Shown here: positions 17,220 to 26,757 of the stretch, in pieces
How positions within the stretch are numbered: position 1 is the stretch's first letter
Layout: every line of letters starts with the position of its first letter
Assembly (NCBI GenBank): GCA_965231035.1
Contig: OZ246409.1
Span: forward strand, 181,101-213,100
Source of the DNA: an uncultured Muribaculaceae bacterium
Lineage (GTDB): Bacteria; Pseudomonadota; Alphaproteobacteria; Rs-D84
Direction of reading: 5' to 3'
DNA: 32,000 nucleotides
Program-made: the position numbers and the translations under genes
The notes under the pieces: model-generated
Database searches by the model: none
What the model was told of the DNA's origin: nothing
Seen by the model: only the letters and a program-made list of their open reading frames with translations

Positions 17220-17243
17220 ATTTATGCGTATAATTAAATTAGA

Positions 17244-17849
17244 TTAATTGATTACGTCTTTGATTTTATTTAAATTTTTACTGATTTCTTTATTAAGCAT
17301 TTTTGTGGTTTTACCGATCGTTTTGGTTGTTTTGCCCAATGTTTTTGCAGTAACTTTTACTGTATTCAAAACAACTTTTTCAATGCCAGCATTGTTTCTG
17401 CTTCTTTTTGGTATCAAAACAGAACAACAATAAGGGCATTTTACAGCATCTGATGCGACATTTGTCATTTTACAATAGGGACAAGTTCTGGCGCCTGCGT
17501 GTTTTTCACGGACTTTATTAGCGGCACGAACAAACAAAAATATACCGAACATCGTTATGGCAAAACTGACCAAAGAATTAATAAAAATACCTAAATTCAA
17601 TGTAGTAGCCCCAGAAGCTTGTGCAGCCGCCAAAGTCGGATAGTACGCATCTTTTCCTTTTAATACTATAAAGAAATTGGAAAAATCCACACCGCCGACC
17701 AAAATACCAATTGGCGGCATTATTATATCTTTTACAAAGGTGTTTATGACACTTGTTATTGTGCTACCAACCACAATACCGACCGCCATATCTATGGTGC
17801 TACCCCTGGCAACAAATGCTTTAAATTCTTTTACAAAGTTATTGAACAT
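17244..17849 (-). CDS. mscL: Large-conductance mechanosensitive channel with C-terminal zinc-ribbon and Lys/Thr-rich tail
   Basis: The first ~115 aa are canonical MscL (FKAFVARGSTIDMAVGIVVG...DIIMPPIG.LVGGVDF). They are followed by CPYC-x13-CPYC and the repeats KTLGKTTKTIGKTTK. Confidence 0.88.
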   Translation of the reverse strand: MFNNFVKEFKAFVARGSTIDMAVGIVVGSTITSVINTFVKDIIMPPIGILVGGVDFSNFFIVLKGKDAYYPTLAAAQASGATTLNLGIFINSLVSFAITMFGIFLFVRAANKVREKHAGARTCPYCKMTNVASDAVKCPYCCSVLIPKRSRNNAGIEKVVLNTVKVTAKTLGKTTKTIGKTTKMLNKEISKNLNKIKDVIN

Positions 17850-18414
17850 AGCTATTTTTTCCTATTTTTTCTTTTTGATACTTCTGAATAGAGTCCCTGA
17901 CTTTTACCAATGTTTTTTGAAGACTTTCATCCCTGGTCTCAACCGTGATATCAGCTTTTGCGTATATCCCATACCGTTCATTAATTAATTTTGAAAGTAT
18001 ATTTTTGCTGTCCGCATTCAAAAGTTGTGGTCTGGTATTTCTAAAATTTGTTCTTTTTACAAGAAGTTCCAAGTCAGCTTTCAACCAAATTGTTAAAGCT
18101 TTTTTCAATACTAATTCTCTGACCTCTGGAGTTATAAACGCACCTTCTCCGGTCGATATGACTTTTAATGATGGTTCAGATTCCAATAATCTGGAAATAA
18201 CTCGTTGTTCAACCCTTCTAAATTCTTCTTCGCCATACAAAGAAAATATATCCACCACACTACAACCGGCCGCAGCTTCTATTTCCTTGTCGGAATCAAA
18301 AAAAGGCACTCCAAGTTGGCGAGCCAATGCACGCCCAATACTGGTTTTACCGGCACCCATCAGTCCCACCATTACCACTGGTTTATCTAATAAAAATTCA
18401 ATACTTTCAGACAT
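17839..18414 (-). CDS. aroK: Shikimate kinase
   Basis: Walker A VVMVGLMGAGKTSIGRALA followed by FFDSD, 191 aa. It overlaps the mscL start by 11 nt. Confidence 0.85.
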   Translation of the reverse strand: MSESIEFLLDKPVVMVGLMGAGKTSIGRALARQLGVPFFDSDKEIEAAAGCSVVDIFSLYGEEEFRRVEQRVISRLLESEPSLKVISTGEGAFITPEVRELVLKKALTIWLKADLELLVKRTNFRNTRPQLLNADSKNILSKLINERYGIYAKADITVETRDESLQKTLVKVRDSIQKYQKEKIGKNSYVQ

Positions 18415-18435
18415 TTATTCCGTTTTTATTAGGTT

Positions 18436-19500
18436 TTAATTCATATTTACTAACTGCTCTAACTGATCGGCTGCTATCAATGCGTTTATCATTTCATCCA
18501 ATCCTTCGCCACCAGCCAGAATATCATCTAATTTGTATAATGTTAATTTTATACGATGATCTGTAACACGTTGTTCTGGGAAATTATAAGTCCTGATTTT
18601 TTCACTTCTGTCCCCTGACCCCACCATACTTTTTCTTGATGCATTACTTGAATTAGCTTGTTCAAGTCTTTGTTTTTCGTATAATCTAGACCGCAAAACA
18701 TTCATTGCAAAATCTTTATTTTTTAACTGCGACCGTTCATTTTGACATGCCACAACTATACCTGTTGGCAGATGGGTAATACGAACAGCACTGTCTGTTT
18801 TGTTAACGTGCTGACCCCCTGCGCCCTGGGAACGATAGGTATCAATTCTCAAATCTTTATCTTCAATCACAACGTCAATTTCTTCCGCCTCGGGCATCAC
18901 CGCAACAGATGCCGCACTGGTATGGATTCGGCCAGAAGCCTCGGTTTCTGGAACACGCTGAACACGATGAATTCCGGATTCAAACTTCATACGACCATAA
19001 GCCCCTGCACCATCGATTTTAAAAATCACTTCCTTGTACCCACGTAAAGAGGTTGCATTTTCTTCGATAATTTCAATTTTCCAACCCAATCGCAAGGCAT
19101 AGGACTTATATTGATTAAAAAGATCCCAAGCAAAAAGTGCGGATTCTTCACCCCCGACACCCGCCCTGATTTCCATAATAACACTGTTGTCATCAGCATC
19201 GTCGCGAGGTAAAAGCGCAACTTGAAGTTTATTTTCAACTTCTGGCAATAATTTATTGAGTTCAGATAATTGTTCAACTGCTATTTCTTTTAATTCTGGA
19301 TCACTTTGCATTGCTTTTGCATCTGCAATTCCATGTTGAGTTTGAAAATATTCGGATATAATTGGCAATATTTCCGACATCCTGGAATACTCTTTGGACA
19401 GCTTGGTCAGCTCGGCCCCAGAAATATTTCCAGAATTCATCAAATTTTCTACTTCGGATGCCCTGTTCTGAATATCTTTTAATTTTTGTTCTATTATCAT
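18436..19500 (-). CDS. prfA: Peptide chain release factor 1
   Basis: GGQ motif [24 protein letters not shown] and RF1-type PxT region [22 protein letters not shown] 19500 overlaps the hisS stop as ATGA; the longer listed ORF start is rejected. Confidence 0.92.
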   Translation of the reverse strand: MIIEQKLKDIQNRASEVENLMNSGNISGAELTKLSKEYSRMSEILPIISEYFQTQHGIADAKAMQSDPELKEIAVEQLSELNKLLPEVENKLQVALLPRDDADDNSVIMEIRAGVGGEESALFAWDLFNQYKSYALRLGWKIEIIEENATSLRGYKEVIFKIDGAGAYGRMKFESGIHRVQRVPETEASGRIHTSAASVAVMPEAEEIDVVIEDKDLRIDTYRSQGAGGQHVNKTDSAVRITHLPTGIVVACQNERSQLKNKDFAMNVLRSRLYEKQRLEQANSSNASRKSMVGSGDRSEKIRTYNFPEQRVTDHRIKLTLYKLDDILAGGEGLDEMINALIAADQLEQLVNMN

Positions 19501-20798
19501 TTTGCAATCTTTAACATTTCTATAGCACAAGATAAAGTCATATTTTGCTGGTCGCCTGTATCCATATTTTTGACAGTCAACTTTTGATTTTTTACTTCAT
19601 CTTCACCAATTATTATACTGAATTTAGAATTTATTTTATCTGCAAATTCTATTTGATTTTTGAATTTTTTATCGGCATCCAGGTACGGTACGGTGACTAT
19701 TTTCGCATCGCGCAAAGCAGCCAAAATCGACATCGCATAGGGCACTTGCCCCGCCCCCATAACCAGAACCGCAACATCAATCGGTTTTTCAAAATCAGAT
19801 AAATCAATTCGTCCTGATTCCAATGCCGTCAATAACATTCTGTTTGTACCAATGGCGCAACCGCTTCCTATTACTGCAGTTTTAGAAAAACGTCCAACCA
19901 AATTTCCATAGCGACCGCCCCCGCCAATAGACCCTATTTCCGGATAACTTAATGATTCTGCCTCATAAACTATGCCATCATAATAACCTAAACCACGCAT
20001 GGTTGACATATTCAATTTAGCACGAGATACCCCCATAGATTTTAATAAAGATATAAATTCAGATAATTCTGATATTGCATCATTCAATTCCGGTGTTTTA
20101 CCATTCAAACTCTCATACCCTTTTTCAAAAACCGATATTATTTGTTTTGCTTTATCTTCCCCAACAATTTCAATCAATCCGGATTGAAAATCGGATGCGT
20201 CCAATTTAGTTTTTTTATCAATCAAAACAAAAGTATTATCAGTTTGTTCTTCGGATAAGTTCAAATACTTTGTAAAGGCATTCCAAAATGGTCTGGAACC
20301 TATATTTATAACATAATCCCCAACAATTTCTGGGATTGAATCATAAATATTTGACATCAGTTTTACAATTTCAGCGTCATAATTAACCGACAATCCCCCC
20401 AATCCCAATATATCCAAATCTAATTGATAGAATTCGCGATAACGACCTTTTTGCGGTCTTTCACCACGATATCTTTTCGAAAATTGTGTCAATCGGCAAG
20501 GAAAAGTCAAATTATTCATATTTCCAGCAACATAGCGCGCCAGACCAACCGTTCCGTCATAACGCAGCCCCATTTTGGTGTCACCCTTTTGAAAAAGGAA
20601 CATTTGTGTAGCCGTTTCAGACCAATCTGTTTCATCTGTTAATACTTCTGCCCGCTCTATTGCTGGCAAATCTATATACTCAAATCCGGCAACGCGTAGT
20701 ATTTCCTGCATTCTGCGGGTACATTCGTCAACGAACCGCTGTTGCACTGGCAACAGCTCAATAAATCCTGATAAAGGCTTGGTGGGTTTAAGTTCCAT
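19497..20798 (-). CDS. hisS: Histidine--tRNA ligase (class IIa)
   Basis: Motif 2 region [23 protein letters not shown] and motif 3 region [12 protein letters not shown]-terminal HGTP-type anticodon-binding domain is present, which argues against HisZ. Confidence 0.8.
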   Translation of the reverse strand: MELKPTKPLSGFIELLPVQQRFVDECTRRMQEILRVAGFEYIDLPAIERAEVLTDETDWSETATQMFLFQKGDTKMGLRYDGTVGLARYVAGNMNNLTFPCRLTQFSKRYRGERPQKGRYREFYQLDLDILGLGGLSVNYDAEIVKLMSNIYDSIPEIVGDYVINIGSRPFWNAFTKYLNLSEEQTDNTFVLIDKKTKLDASDFQSGLIEIVGEDKAKQIISVFEKGYESLNGKTPELNDAISELSEFISLLKSMGVSRAKLNMSTMRGLGYYDGIVYEAESLSYPEIGSIGGGGRYGNLVGRFSKTAVIGSGCAIGTNRMLLTALESGRIDLSDFEKPIDVAVLVMGAGQVPYAMSILAALRDAKIVTVPYLDADKKFKNQIEFADKINSKFSIIIGEDEVKNQKLTVKNMDTGDQQNMTLSCAIEMLKIAK

Positions 20799-20851
20799 TG
20801 TAATTTCCTCTTTTTATTTATATTTCCAACCCAAAAGCATAAATATGCTTG

Positions 20852-20860
20852 ATTATATCA
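20852..20860 (-). promoter_or_regulatory. Candidate extended -10 element TGATATAAT for the hisS-prfA-aroK-mscL operon
   Basis: Exact TGnTATAAT on the minus strand, 54 nt upstream of the hisS ATG. The inverted repeat AAGCAT-N4-ATGCTT (20835-20850) sits at the predicted transcription start. Confidence 0.4.
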
Positions 20861-21033
20861 CAAAAAACTAGAAATAGCTATAATTCGCCCGCGTGGGCGT
20901 GGTGGTTCAAGGAAAAAACAATAAATTTGTTTAACATGTCTGCACCTTAGGCCAATATTTTCTTGTTTTCAAGCATTTTTTCGGGAAATTTTTCAAAAAA
21001 ACACACTTTTATTGTTTCGATTCCGTTTTACAT

Positions 21034-21042
21034 TGATATAAT
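21034..21042 (+). promoter_or_regulatory. Candidate extended -10 element TGATATAAT for the ptb-like gene
   Basis: Exact TGnTATAAT 24 nt upstream of the ATG at 21066, with RBS AAGGAAA at 21054-21060. Confidence 0.45.
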
Positions 21043-21065
21043 AAGTGTGAAAAAAGGAAATATAT

Positions 21066-21815
21066 ATGAAAAAGACTCTTGTTGTTGTTAATCCAGTTGA
21101 AGGTTACGAAAAAGTTTTTGAAACAGCGATTAAAAACGGCTTTGTTGACGAAGTTGTTAAAACCACACCTGAAAAATTTGAATCAGACTTGGAAATTGTT
21201 TTCCAAAATGAAAATTTGCCAATTTTTATGAAGGGCTTGATTGAAACCGCTGATTTTATGCGTCTGATTTTGAAACGCAAAGATTTGTACAATCCGGGTA
21301 CCCTGCTTTCGCATTGTGGGCTTTTTGATGGACGCATAATTTTGACCGACGCGGCCTTGAATTTAAATCCGGATGCTGAATCAAAATTAAAAATTTTGGA
21401 AAATGCTATTTATTTTTATAAAAAGCTGAATCCTGGGAAAACAGAAATTCCAAAAATATCTGCTCTGACCCCAGCTGGAAAACTTAATCCAAAAATTCAA
21501 TCTTCGGTGGATGCGGTTTACTTGTCCGAAAAATTGAAAAACCGTGCAGAAGTTGTATTGGACCAATTGGATACAGCTTTGTCTGACAAAGCCGCCGCAA
21601 TCAAGGGACATGGAAACAGCAGACCCGCAGATATAATTTTGTGCCATGACTTGGATTCTGGAAATATTTTATACAAAGCATTTACTTTACTGGCCGGATA
21701 TTCAGTCGCAGGATTAATAATCGGTGCAAATTATCCAATTTGCCTGACCAGCCGCGCCGACACATACGAATCAAAGTTGAAATCCATAGAATGTGCATCC
21801 AAGGTTTTGGATTAA
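21066..21815 (+). CDS. Phosphate acyltransferase of the PTA/PTB family (phosphate butyryltransferase-like, short form)
   Basis: Collinear with clostridial Ptb as I recall it: FMKGLIETADFMR, ILTDAALNLNP, DSGNILYKAF and PICLTSRADTYESKLKSIE. At 249 aa it is shorter than typical Ptb. Confidence 0.75.
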   Translation: MKKTLVVVNPVEGYEKVFETAIKNGFVDEVVKTTPEKFESDLEIVFQNENLPIFMKGLIETADFMRLILKRKDLYNPGTLLSHCGLFDGRIILTDAALNLNPDAESKLKILENAIYFYKKLNPGKTEIPKISALTPAGKLNPKIQSSVDAVYLSEKLKNRAEVVLDQLDTALSDKAAAIKGHGNSRPADIILCHDLDSGNILYKAFTLLAGYSVAGLIIGANYPICLTSRADTYESKLKSIECASKVLD

Positions 21816-22522
21816 AAATACTTATGTAATCCCTGACCATTCTTGGTCAGCCACAATTTAGCACGACCCATACCTTCGCCATACAACTGGGACACTGTTG
21901 CCCAAAAGTGTACCGAATGATCCATATATTTCATATGTGCCAATTCGTGCATAACCACATATCGCATAACTTCGTACGGTGCAAACGCCAGACGCCAAGA
22001 AAACGATATAGTTCCCGTAGAAGAGCAACTGCCCCAGCGACTGGTTGTGTCGCGAATCGCTATTTTTTTCGGTTGCAGCTCAACCGGTGCTGTTTTTATG
22101 ATTTTTTTTATTTCGGCCAAGAATTCTTGTTTTATAAAATCACGAACCCGTCGCGTTAACATATCCGATGTACCGCCAACAACCAAGGTTAATTCGCCAT
22201 TATTCGAATCGGTTGAATAGAAATTTGATTTTTTTGATGAATCATGACGAATCAGAACTCGGTTTCCCAAGAATTCAATTATATCACCGTCTTGAATTGT
22301 AACTTTTTGTGGTACGGTTGCGAAAATTCTTTCCAGCCATTTACGTTTTTGTTCAACAAATCTTATTGTACTGGCTGCAGTTGAAATCCAAGGTTTCGAA
22401 ATATGAATTTCACGTCTGGGGTTTGTTTTTGGACGCAAAGTCACATTACGCATTCCACGACGCGTTTCAATAAATATGGGAATTTCTTCACCGTTTGATG
22501 TTTTGAAAATATAATCTGTCAT
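21812..22522 (-). CDS. YgjP/DUF45-type zinc metallohydrolase (M48-like HExxH)
   Basis: C-terminal VVMHELAHMKYMDHSVHFW motif typical of DUF45/YgjP proteins, 236 aa. Confidence 0.8.
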   Translation of the reverse strand: MTDYIFKTSNGEEIPIFIETRRGMRNVTLRPKTNPRREIHISKPWISTAASTIRFVEQKRKWLERIFATVPQKVTIQDGDIIEFLGNRVLIRHDSSKKSNFYSTDSNNGELTLVVGGTSDMLTRRVRDFIKQEFLAEIKKIIKTAPVELQPKKIAIRDTTSRWGSCSSTGTISFSWRLAFAPYEVMRYVVMHELAHMKYMDHSVHFWATVSQLYGEGMGRAKLWLTKNGQGLHKYF

Positions 22523-24318
22523 TTTAATTTCTTAGAAATTTCAGCAGCGATAAATTCTGCATCAAATCCAAAACTTTTATAAACTTCATCACCGGGGCCT
22601 GTTTTTCCGAATTCATCAATTCCCATTACTGCATCCGCAAATTCAAACCAGCTGCTGGTTGCACCGGCCTCGATTGCAACAACAAAACCGGACAAAACTT
22701 TATCTTTATATTCTTTTGGTTGCTGTCTGAATTTTTCAACGGACACCATACTTACAACTTGGGTCGGGTATTTTAATTTTCTGGAAACAGATATCGCCAC
22801 AGGAACTTCGCTGCCGGTTGCAACAAGCGTAATTCTGGCGCGTTTTTCAGATGCCTGGATTACATATCCGCCTTTTTTAATACCCTGTGCGTCAGGTGTA
22901 TCGATTTGTAAAAATTCTTGCCTGGATAAAATAATTGCAGAAGGACGCGAACTTTCCGCCAACGCCATTTTCCAAGAAGCCAAAACTTCGGCACCATTGC
23001 ATGGACGAAATACATTTAAGTTAGGAATTAAACGCAATGATGCCAGATGTTCAATAGGTTGATGGTTTGGTCCATCTTCGCCAAGAGCGATACTATCATG
23101 TGTTAAAACATAAACCACTGGCAATTCCGACAATGCAGATAATCTGATTGCAGGTCGCATATAATCGCTGAATATCAAGAAAGTTCCGCCATACGGTCGT
23201 AATCCAGCAATGCAAAGCCCGTTCATAATAGCGCCCATTGCATGTTCGCGTACACCATAGTTTACAAAGTTTCCAGAGAAATCAGATGGTGTTATTTCAA
23301 AATTAAAATCTGTTTTGGTTCTTGTACTGGTTGCTAAATCTGCACTGCCCCCGATTAACAAAGGCTCGGAATCTATTAGTTTTTCAAGAACTTTTCCAGA
23401 TAATTCCCGCGTTGAAGTCATATCTTCATAAGAAGAAAATTCAACCGAATCGCAATCGCACTTTGCGGACTCTTTGATTTCAACTTTTGCAGGTTTGCGC
23501 TTTTCAACACGTTCCCACAACTTCATACCTTGGGCGGATGTAAATTTTTCTTCTAGTTTTAATAATTCTGCATCATCCAGATCTGCGGCGTGTGCATGTT
23601 CAGTTCCAGCCACACTGGATCCCAATCCAATCACAGTTTTACATTGAATGAATGATGGTTTCTTAGATTTTTGTGCTGCAATTATCGCCCGATCTAAATC
23701 TTTGAAATTATTTCCATTTGTTTCGATAACATTCCAACCTGCGGCACGCATACGGGATGGCACATCAATATCAGTCAATGCAGTCCCATCAATCGAGATA
23801 CCGTTATCGTCCCAAAACATTATTAAATTGTTCAGTTTATAAATTCCCGCAAAAGCAATTGATTCTTGGGCGACACCTTCCATTAAATCACCATCTGAAC
23901 AAAGACAATAAACAAATCCGGAATCAGATTTACGTCTGGAACTTTTTATTTTTTTACCCAAAGCAATTCCAACCGCATTTCCAACACCCTGCCCCAATGG
24001 TCCAGTGGTTGCAGTTACGCCATCAGTATGTCTTTCTGGATGACCAGGTAACCCACCAAGCTTTCTGAACATTTTCAAAGGTTGAATTTTATATCCCGCC
24101 AATTTTAATACGGAATACAATAAAGCACTGCCGTGACCTGCACTTAACACGAATTCATCCAAACCACGACGCAAATAATTAGCATAAATAGTTGTAACAA
24201 TATCCGCCGCACCCAGTGCAATACCAATATGTCCGCTGTGAGCATTGCGTATAGCATACAGGCTGCCCGCACGGACAGCATTTGACATTTCTTTCAATTG
24301 TTTGGAATCAAACTTCAT
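22519..24318 (-). CDS. tkt: Transketolase
   Basis: N-terminal [19 protein letters not shown], ThDP motif [14 protein letters not shown], and central [19 protein letters not shown]. 599 aa (short form), with an ATGA overlap with the downstream gene. Confidence 0.92.
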   Translation of the reverse strand: MKFDSKQLKEMSNAVRAGSLYAIRNAHSGHIGIALGAADIVTTIYANYLRRGLDEFVLSAGHGSALLYSVLKLAGYKIQPLKMFRKLGGLPGHPERHTDGVTATTGPLGQGVGNAVGIALGKKIKSSRRKSDSGFVYCLCSDGDLMEGVAQESIAFAGIYKLNNLIMFWDDNGISIDGTALTDIDVPSRMRAAGWNVIETNGNNFKDLDRAIIAAQKSKKPSFIQCKTVIGLGSSVAGTEHAHAADLDDAELLKLEEKFTSAQGMKLWERVEKRKPAKVEIKESAKCDCDSVEFSSYEDMTSTRELSGKVLEKLIDSEPLLIGGSADLATSTRTKTDFNFEITPSDFSGNFVNYGVREHAMGAIMNGLCIAGLRPYGGTFLIFSDYMRPAIRLSALSELPVVYVLTHDSIALGEDGPNHQPIEHLASLRLIPNLNVFRPCNGAEVLASWKMALAESSRPSAIILSRQEFLQIDTPDAQGIKKGGYVIQASEKRARITLVATGSEVPVAISVSRKLKYPTQVVSMVSVEKFRQQPKEYKDKVLSGFVVAIEAGATSSWFEFADAVMGIDEFGKTGPGDEVYKSFGFDAEFIAAEISKKLK

Positions 24319-24354
24319 TTTGTGATAATATTATATCAGAAAAAGACAGGAAAA

Positions 24355-24783
24355 ATGATTAAAATTTATACAGATGGCAGTTGTTTAGGAAACCCCGGTC
24401 CAGGGGGATGGGCTTTTGTTGCAACAGACGGCAAAAATGTCGCAGAACGTTCAGGTGGTGAAAAAGACACTACTAATAATAAAATGGAATTAATGGCGGT
24501 TATAAAAGCACTGGGTGCAGCAGCCAAACATAAAGAAGTTGAAATCTATACCGACAGCCAGTATGTAAAAAACGGAATGCAGTCCTGGATTAAAAATTGG
24601 AAAAAGAACGGATGGAAAACTGCTGATAAAAAACCTGTTAAAAATAAAGAGTTGTGGCAGAAATTGGACGAGCTGGCACAGAGTATAAAAATTCATTGGA
24701 ATTGGGTCAAGGGGCATGCAGGTGACGAATTAAACGAACACGTTGATGAACTAGCCCGAACAGCCGCCGAAGGATTAAAATAA
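24355..24783 (+). CDS. rnhA: Ribonuclease HI
   Basis: [42 protein letters not shown] and [20 protein letters not shown] chose ATG 24355; the longer ORF overlaps the tkt start. Confidence 0.92.
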   Translation: MIKIYTDGSCLGNPGPGGWAFVATDGKNVAERSGGEKDTTNNKMELMAVIKALGAAAKHKEVEIYTDSQYVKNGMQSWIKNWKKNGWKTADKKPVKNKELWQKLDELAQSIKIHWNWVKGHAGDELNEHVDELARTAAEGLK

Positions 24784-24787
24784 TCGC

Positions 24788-26083
24788 ATGCCACATAGGA
24801 TTCATAAACATCTTAATAAGTTCAAGCGCCACACCGGTATTCACACACCAACTGAATTTGTTCCTGAAAAGAAAATAAACCATCCAAAAAAATTAAAATC
24901 ATTTCTTTTTAATATGTATGCTTTTAAGTTATTCAGTGGATGTGTTTTTTTGTATCCGGTTATGTCAATTATGTTTCTAAAAAACGGTGTTTCAAACATC
25001 GAAATTTCAATTCTTTTTGCATTATGGGCATTTTTTGTATTTATCTTTCAACCATTCGTTGGAAATATCGGTGATAAATTTTCCAGAAAAAAACTTTTGC
25101 TTATTGGGCAATTTGCCAAAATGTTTTGCTTTGCAATTTTTATAATGTTTCCAAACTTCGCAGGTTATCTCATCGGCTTTGTTTTCTGGGGACTTCAATG
25201 GGCTATCGAGGCCAGTATCTGTGAAGCATTTGTTTATGACGAATTGCTTTGTTTAGACGCCAAAGAAAAATACACCGAAGTTTCAGGAAGAATGCTGGCA
25301 TTTCAACAGATTGGATTTTTCATATCTACTTTGGGATCTTTTATCGCGGCAGAATGGGGATACAACTTTGTAATGTTTATAACAATTGTAAATATGCTTT
25401 TGTCTGCAGTTTTTATACACAGAATAAAAATGATTCAACCAACATCTTTCGTAAAAAAGAAAAAAGACAGCCTGTTGAAACATATAGAAATCGGGGCAAA
25501 AACCATAGTCAAAATAAAATATTTAATTCTGACTATGTTTATATTGTCTTGTGTGATGTCAGTGGCAGAGTTGGATGATTATTTGGGATTATTGGGAACA
25601 GAAATCGGTGTTCCCATGGAATTTATTGGAATTATGTTCGCCATAGCAAATATTTCTGAAATGATTGGAGGGTTTGCTGCCAAACACTTTGCAAAATTTT
25701 CTGCCAGATCTATTTCTTCAATTATTGTAATTATGGGTTTAATTTTTGGACTTGCATCACTTTCTAATATTTATATTATTTGGCCTATTTTATTTGCTAG
25801 TTATTTTATATATGCAATTATTCGTATTTCGTTGACAACCAAGATTCAAAACGCAGTTCCTTCGAATCGCAGGTCTATGGTTTTATCGCTTTATGATATG
25901 TTGGGTCAGGCATCTATAATGATATTCTATGGACTTATTACAATTGGCTCGACGCTAAGCGGTTACAGATTGGGTTATTTATTATGTGGTTCGGCAATAA
26001 TATTCTTGGGAATTATCGGTATGATTTTTATCCACGATATCAAACCTATGAAAAATCAACCGTGTTGCAGTATTGAAAATTAA
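24788..26083 (+). CDS. MFS-type transporter
   Basis: About 12 hydrophobic spans, with a motif-A-like loop GNIGDKFSRKKLLLIG after TM2. The start is uncertain: ATG 24788 gives a basic 42-aa N-terminal extension, and ATG 24914 is the alternative. Confidence 0.75.
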   Translation: MPHRIHKHLNKFKRHTGIHTPTEFVPEKKINHPKKLKSFLFNMYAFKLFSGCVFLYPVMSIMFLKNGVSNIEISILFALWAFFVFIFQPFVGNIGDKFSRKKLLLIGQFAKMFCFAIFIMFPNFAGYLIGFVFWGLQWAIEASICEAFVYDELLCLDAKEKYTEVSGRMLAFQQIGFFISTLGSFIAAEWGYNFVMFITIVNMLLSAVFIHRIKMIQPTSFVKKKKDSLLKHIEIGAKTIVKIKYLILTMFILSCVMSVAELDDYLGLLGTEIGVPMEFIGIMFAIANISEMIGGFAAKHFAKFSARSISSIIVIMGLIFGLASLSNIYIIWPILFASYFIYAIIRISLTTKIQNAVPSNRRSMVLSLYDMLGQASIMIFYGLITIGSTLSGYRLGYLLCGSAIIFLGIIGMIFIHDIKPMKNQPCCSIEN

Positions 26084-26739
26084 ATTTTAAATCCCAGACC
26101 CACGATAAACATTTCAACAGAATCTTTGCGGGATGCAGGTGGTTTGATGTGATGAACAGATTCAAAGCGTTGCTTAATTTCTTTTAACAATTCGTTTGTT
26201 GTGCCACCTGTGAAAGATTTTGCAACAAATGTTCCACCTGGTTTCAATGCACGCTTTGCAAAGTCCCACGCGTATTCCAATAAAACCATTTGACGAATAT
26301 GATCTGTTTTTTGATGTCCCATTGTGTTTGGTGCCATATCAGAAACCACAACGTCAACATGCCCGTGTTGGGTTTCATCTGATGGTAATTTTAATTTTTC
26401 TTCCAACCATTTTAATGCTTCATCAGTTGTAAAATCACCTTGGTAAAATTCTACATTTGGGATTGGATTTATTTCCAATAAATCCATTGCAAATATTTTT
26501 GAACGCGGAAATTCACGCGCAATGTATTGTGACCAAGACCCCGGTGCAGCGCCCAAATCCACGACAACCTGACCATTGCGTAGAAATTTGAATTTTTCAT
26601 TTATTTCAATCAACTTGTATGCAGCACGGGCACGATAACCTTCCTTTTGCGCGCGTGCAACATAAGGATCATGCGCTTGACGAGTAATCCAAGCGACTGA
26701 AGAATTTTTTGCAGCAATTTTTTTATTTAATATTTTCAT
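26080..26739 (-). CDS. rlmE: 23S rRNA (uridine2552-2'-O)-methyltransferase
   Basis: RARAAYKLIEINEKFKF, VVDLGAAPGSWSQY and DVVVSDMAPNTMGH, matching the FtsJ/RlmE signature. 219 aa. Confidence 0.9.
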   Translation of the reverse strand: MKILNKKIAAKNSSVAWITRQAHDPYVARAQKEGYRARAAYKLIEINEKFKFLRNGQVVVDLGAAPGSWSQYIAREFPRSKIFAMDLLEINPIPNVEFYQGDFTTDEALKWLEEKLKLPSDETQHGHVDVVVSDMAPNTMGHQKTDHIRQMVLLEYAWDFAKRALKPGGTFVAKSFTGGTTNELLKEIKQRFESVHHIKPPASRKDSVEMFIVGLGFKI

Positions 26740-26757
26740 TTATAACAACACATTAAT

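Noticed and set aside
17945-18439. 164-aa plus-strand ORF antisense to aroK
   Set aside because: It overlaps the shikimate kinase frame, which has a Walker A motif. It has no motif of its own and no independent start context.
18436-19500. RF1 codon-recognition tripeptide reads PET rather than the E. coli PAT
   Set aside because: The motif is defined as PxT with a variable middle residue. The surrounding sequence and the GGQ motif are canonical, and there is no sign of altered stop-codon usage (TAA, TGA and TAG are all seen as stops).
13692-24318. LeuS (797 aa) and Tkt (599 aa) being shorter than the E. coli enzymes, as possible truncation or pseudogenisation
   Set aside because: Both frames are uninterrupted, keep N- and C-terminal conserved motifs, and have sensible starts and stops. 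Short forms are common in reduced genomes.
24319-24354. Only 36 nt between divergent tkt and rnhA starts, raising doubt about one of the starts
   Set aside because: Both N-termini align from their first residues with family consensus (tkt [16 protein letters not shown]..., rnh[11 protein letters not shown]...). The promoters probably lie inside the opposing coding regions.
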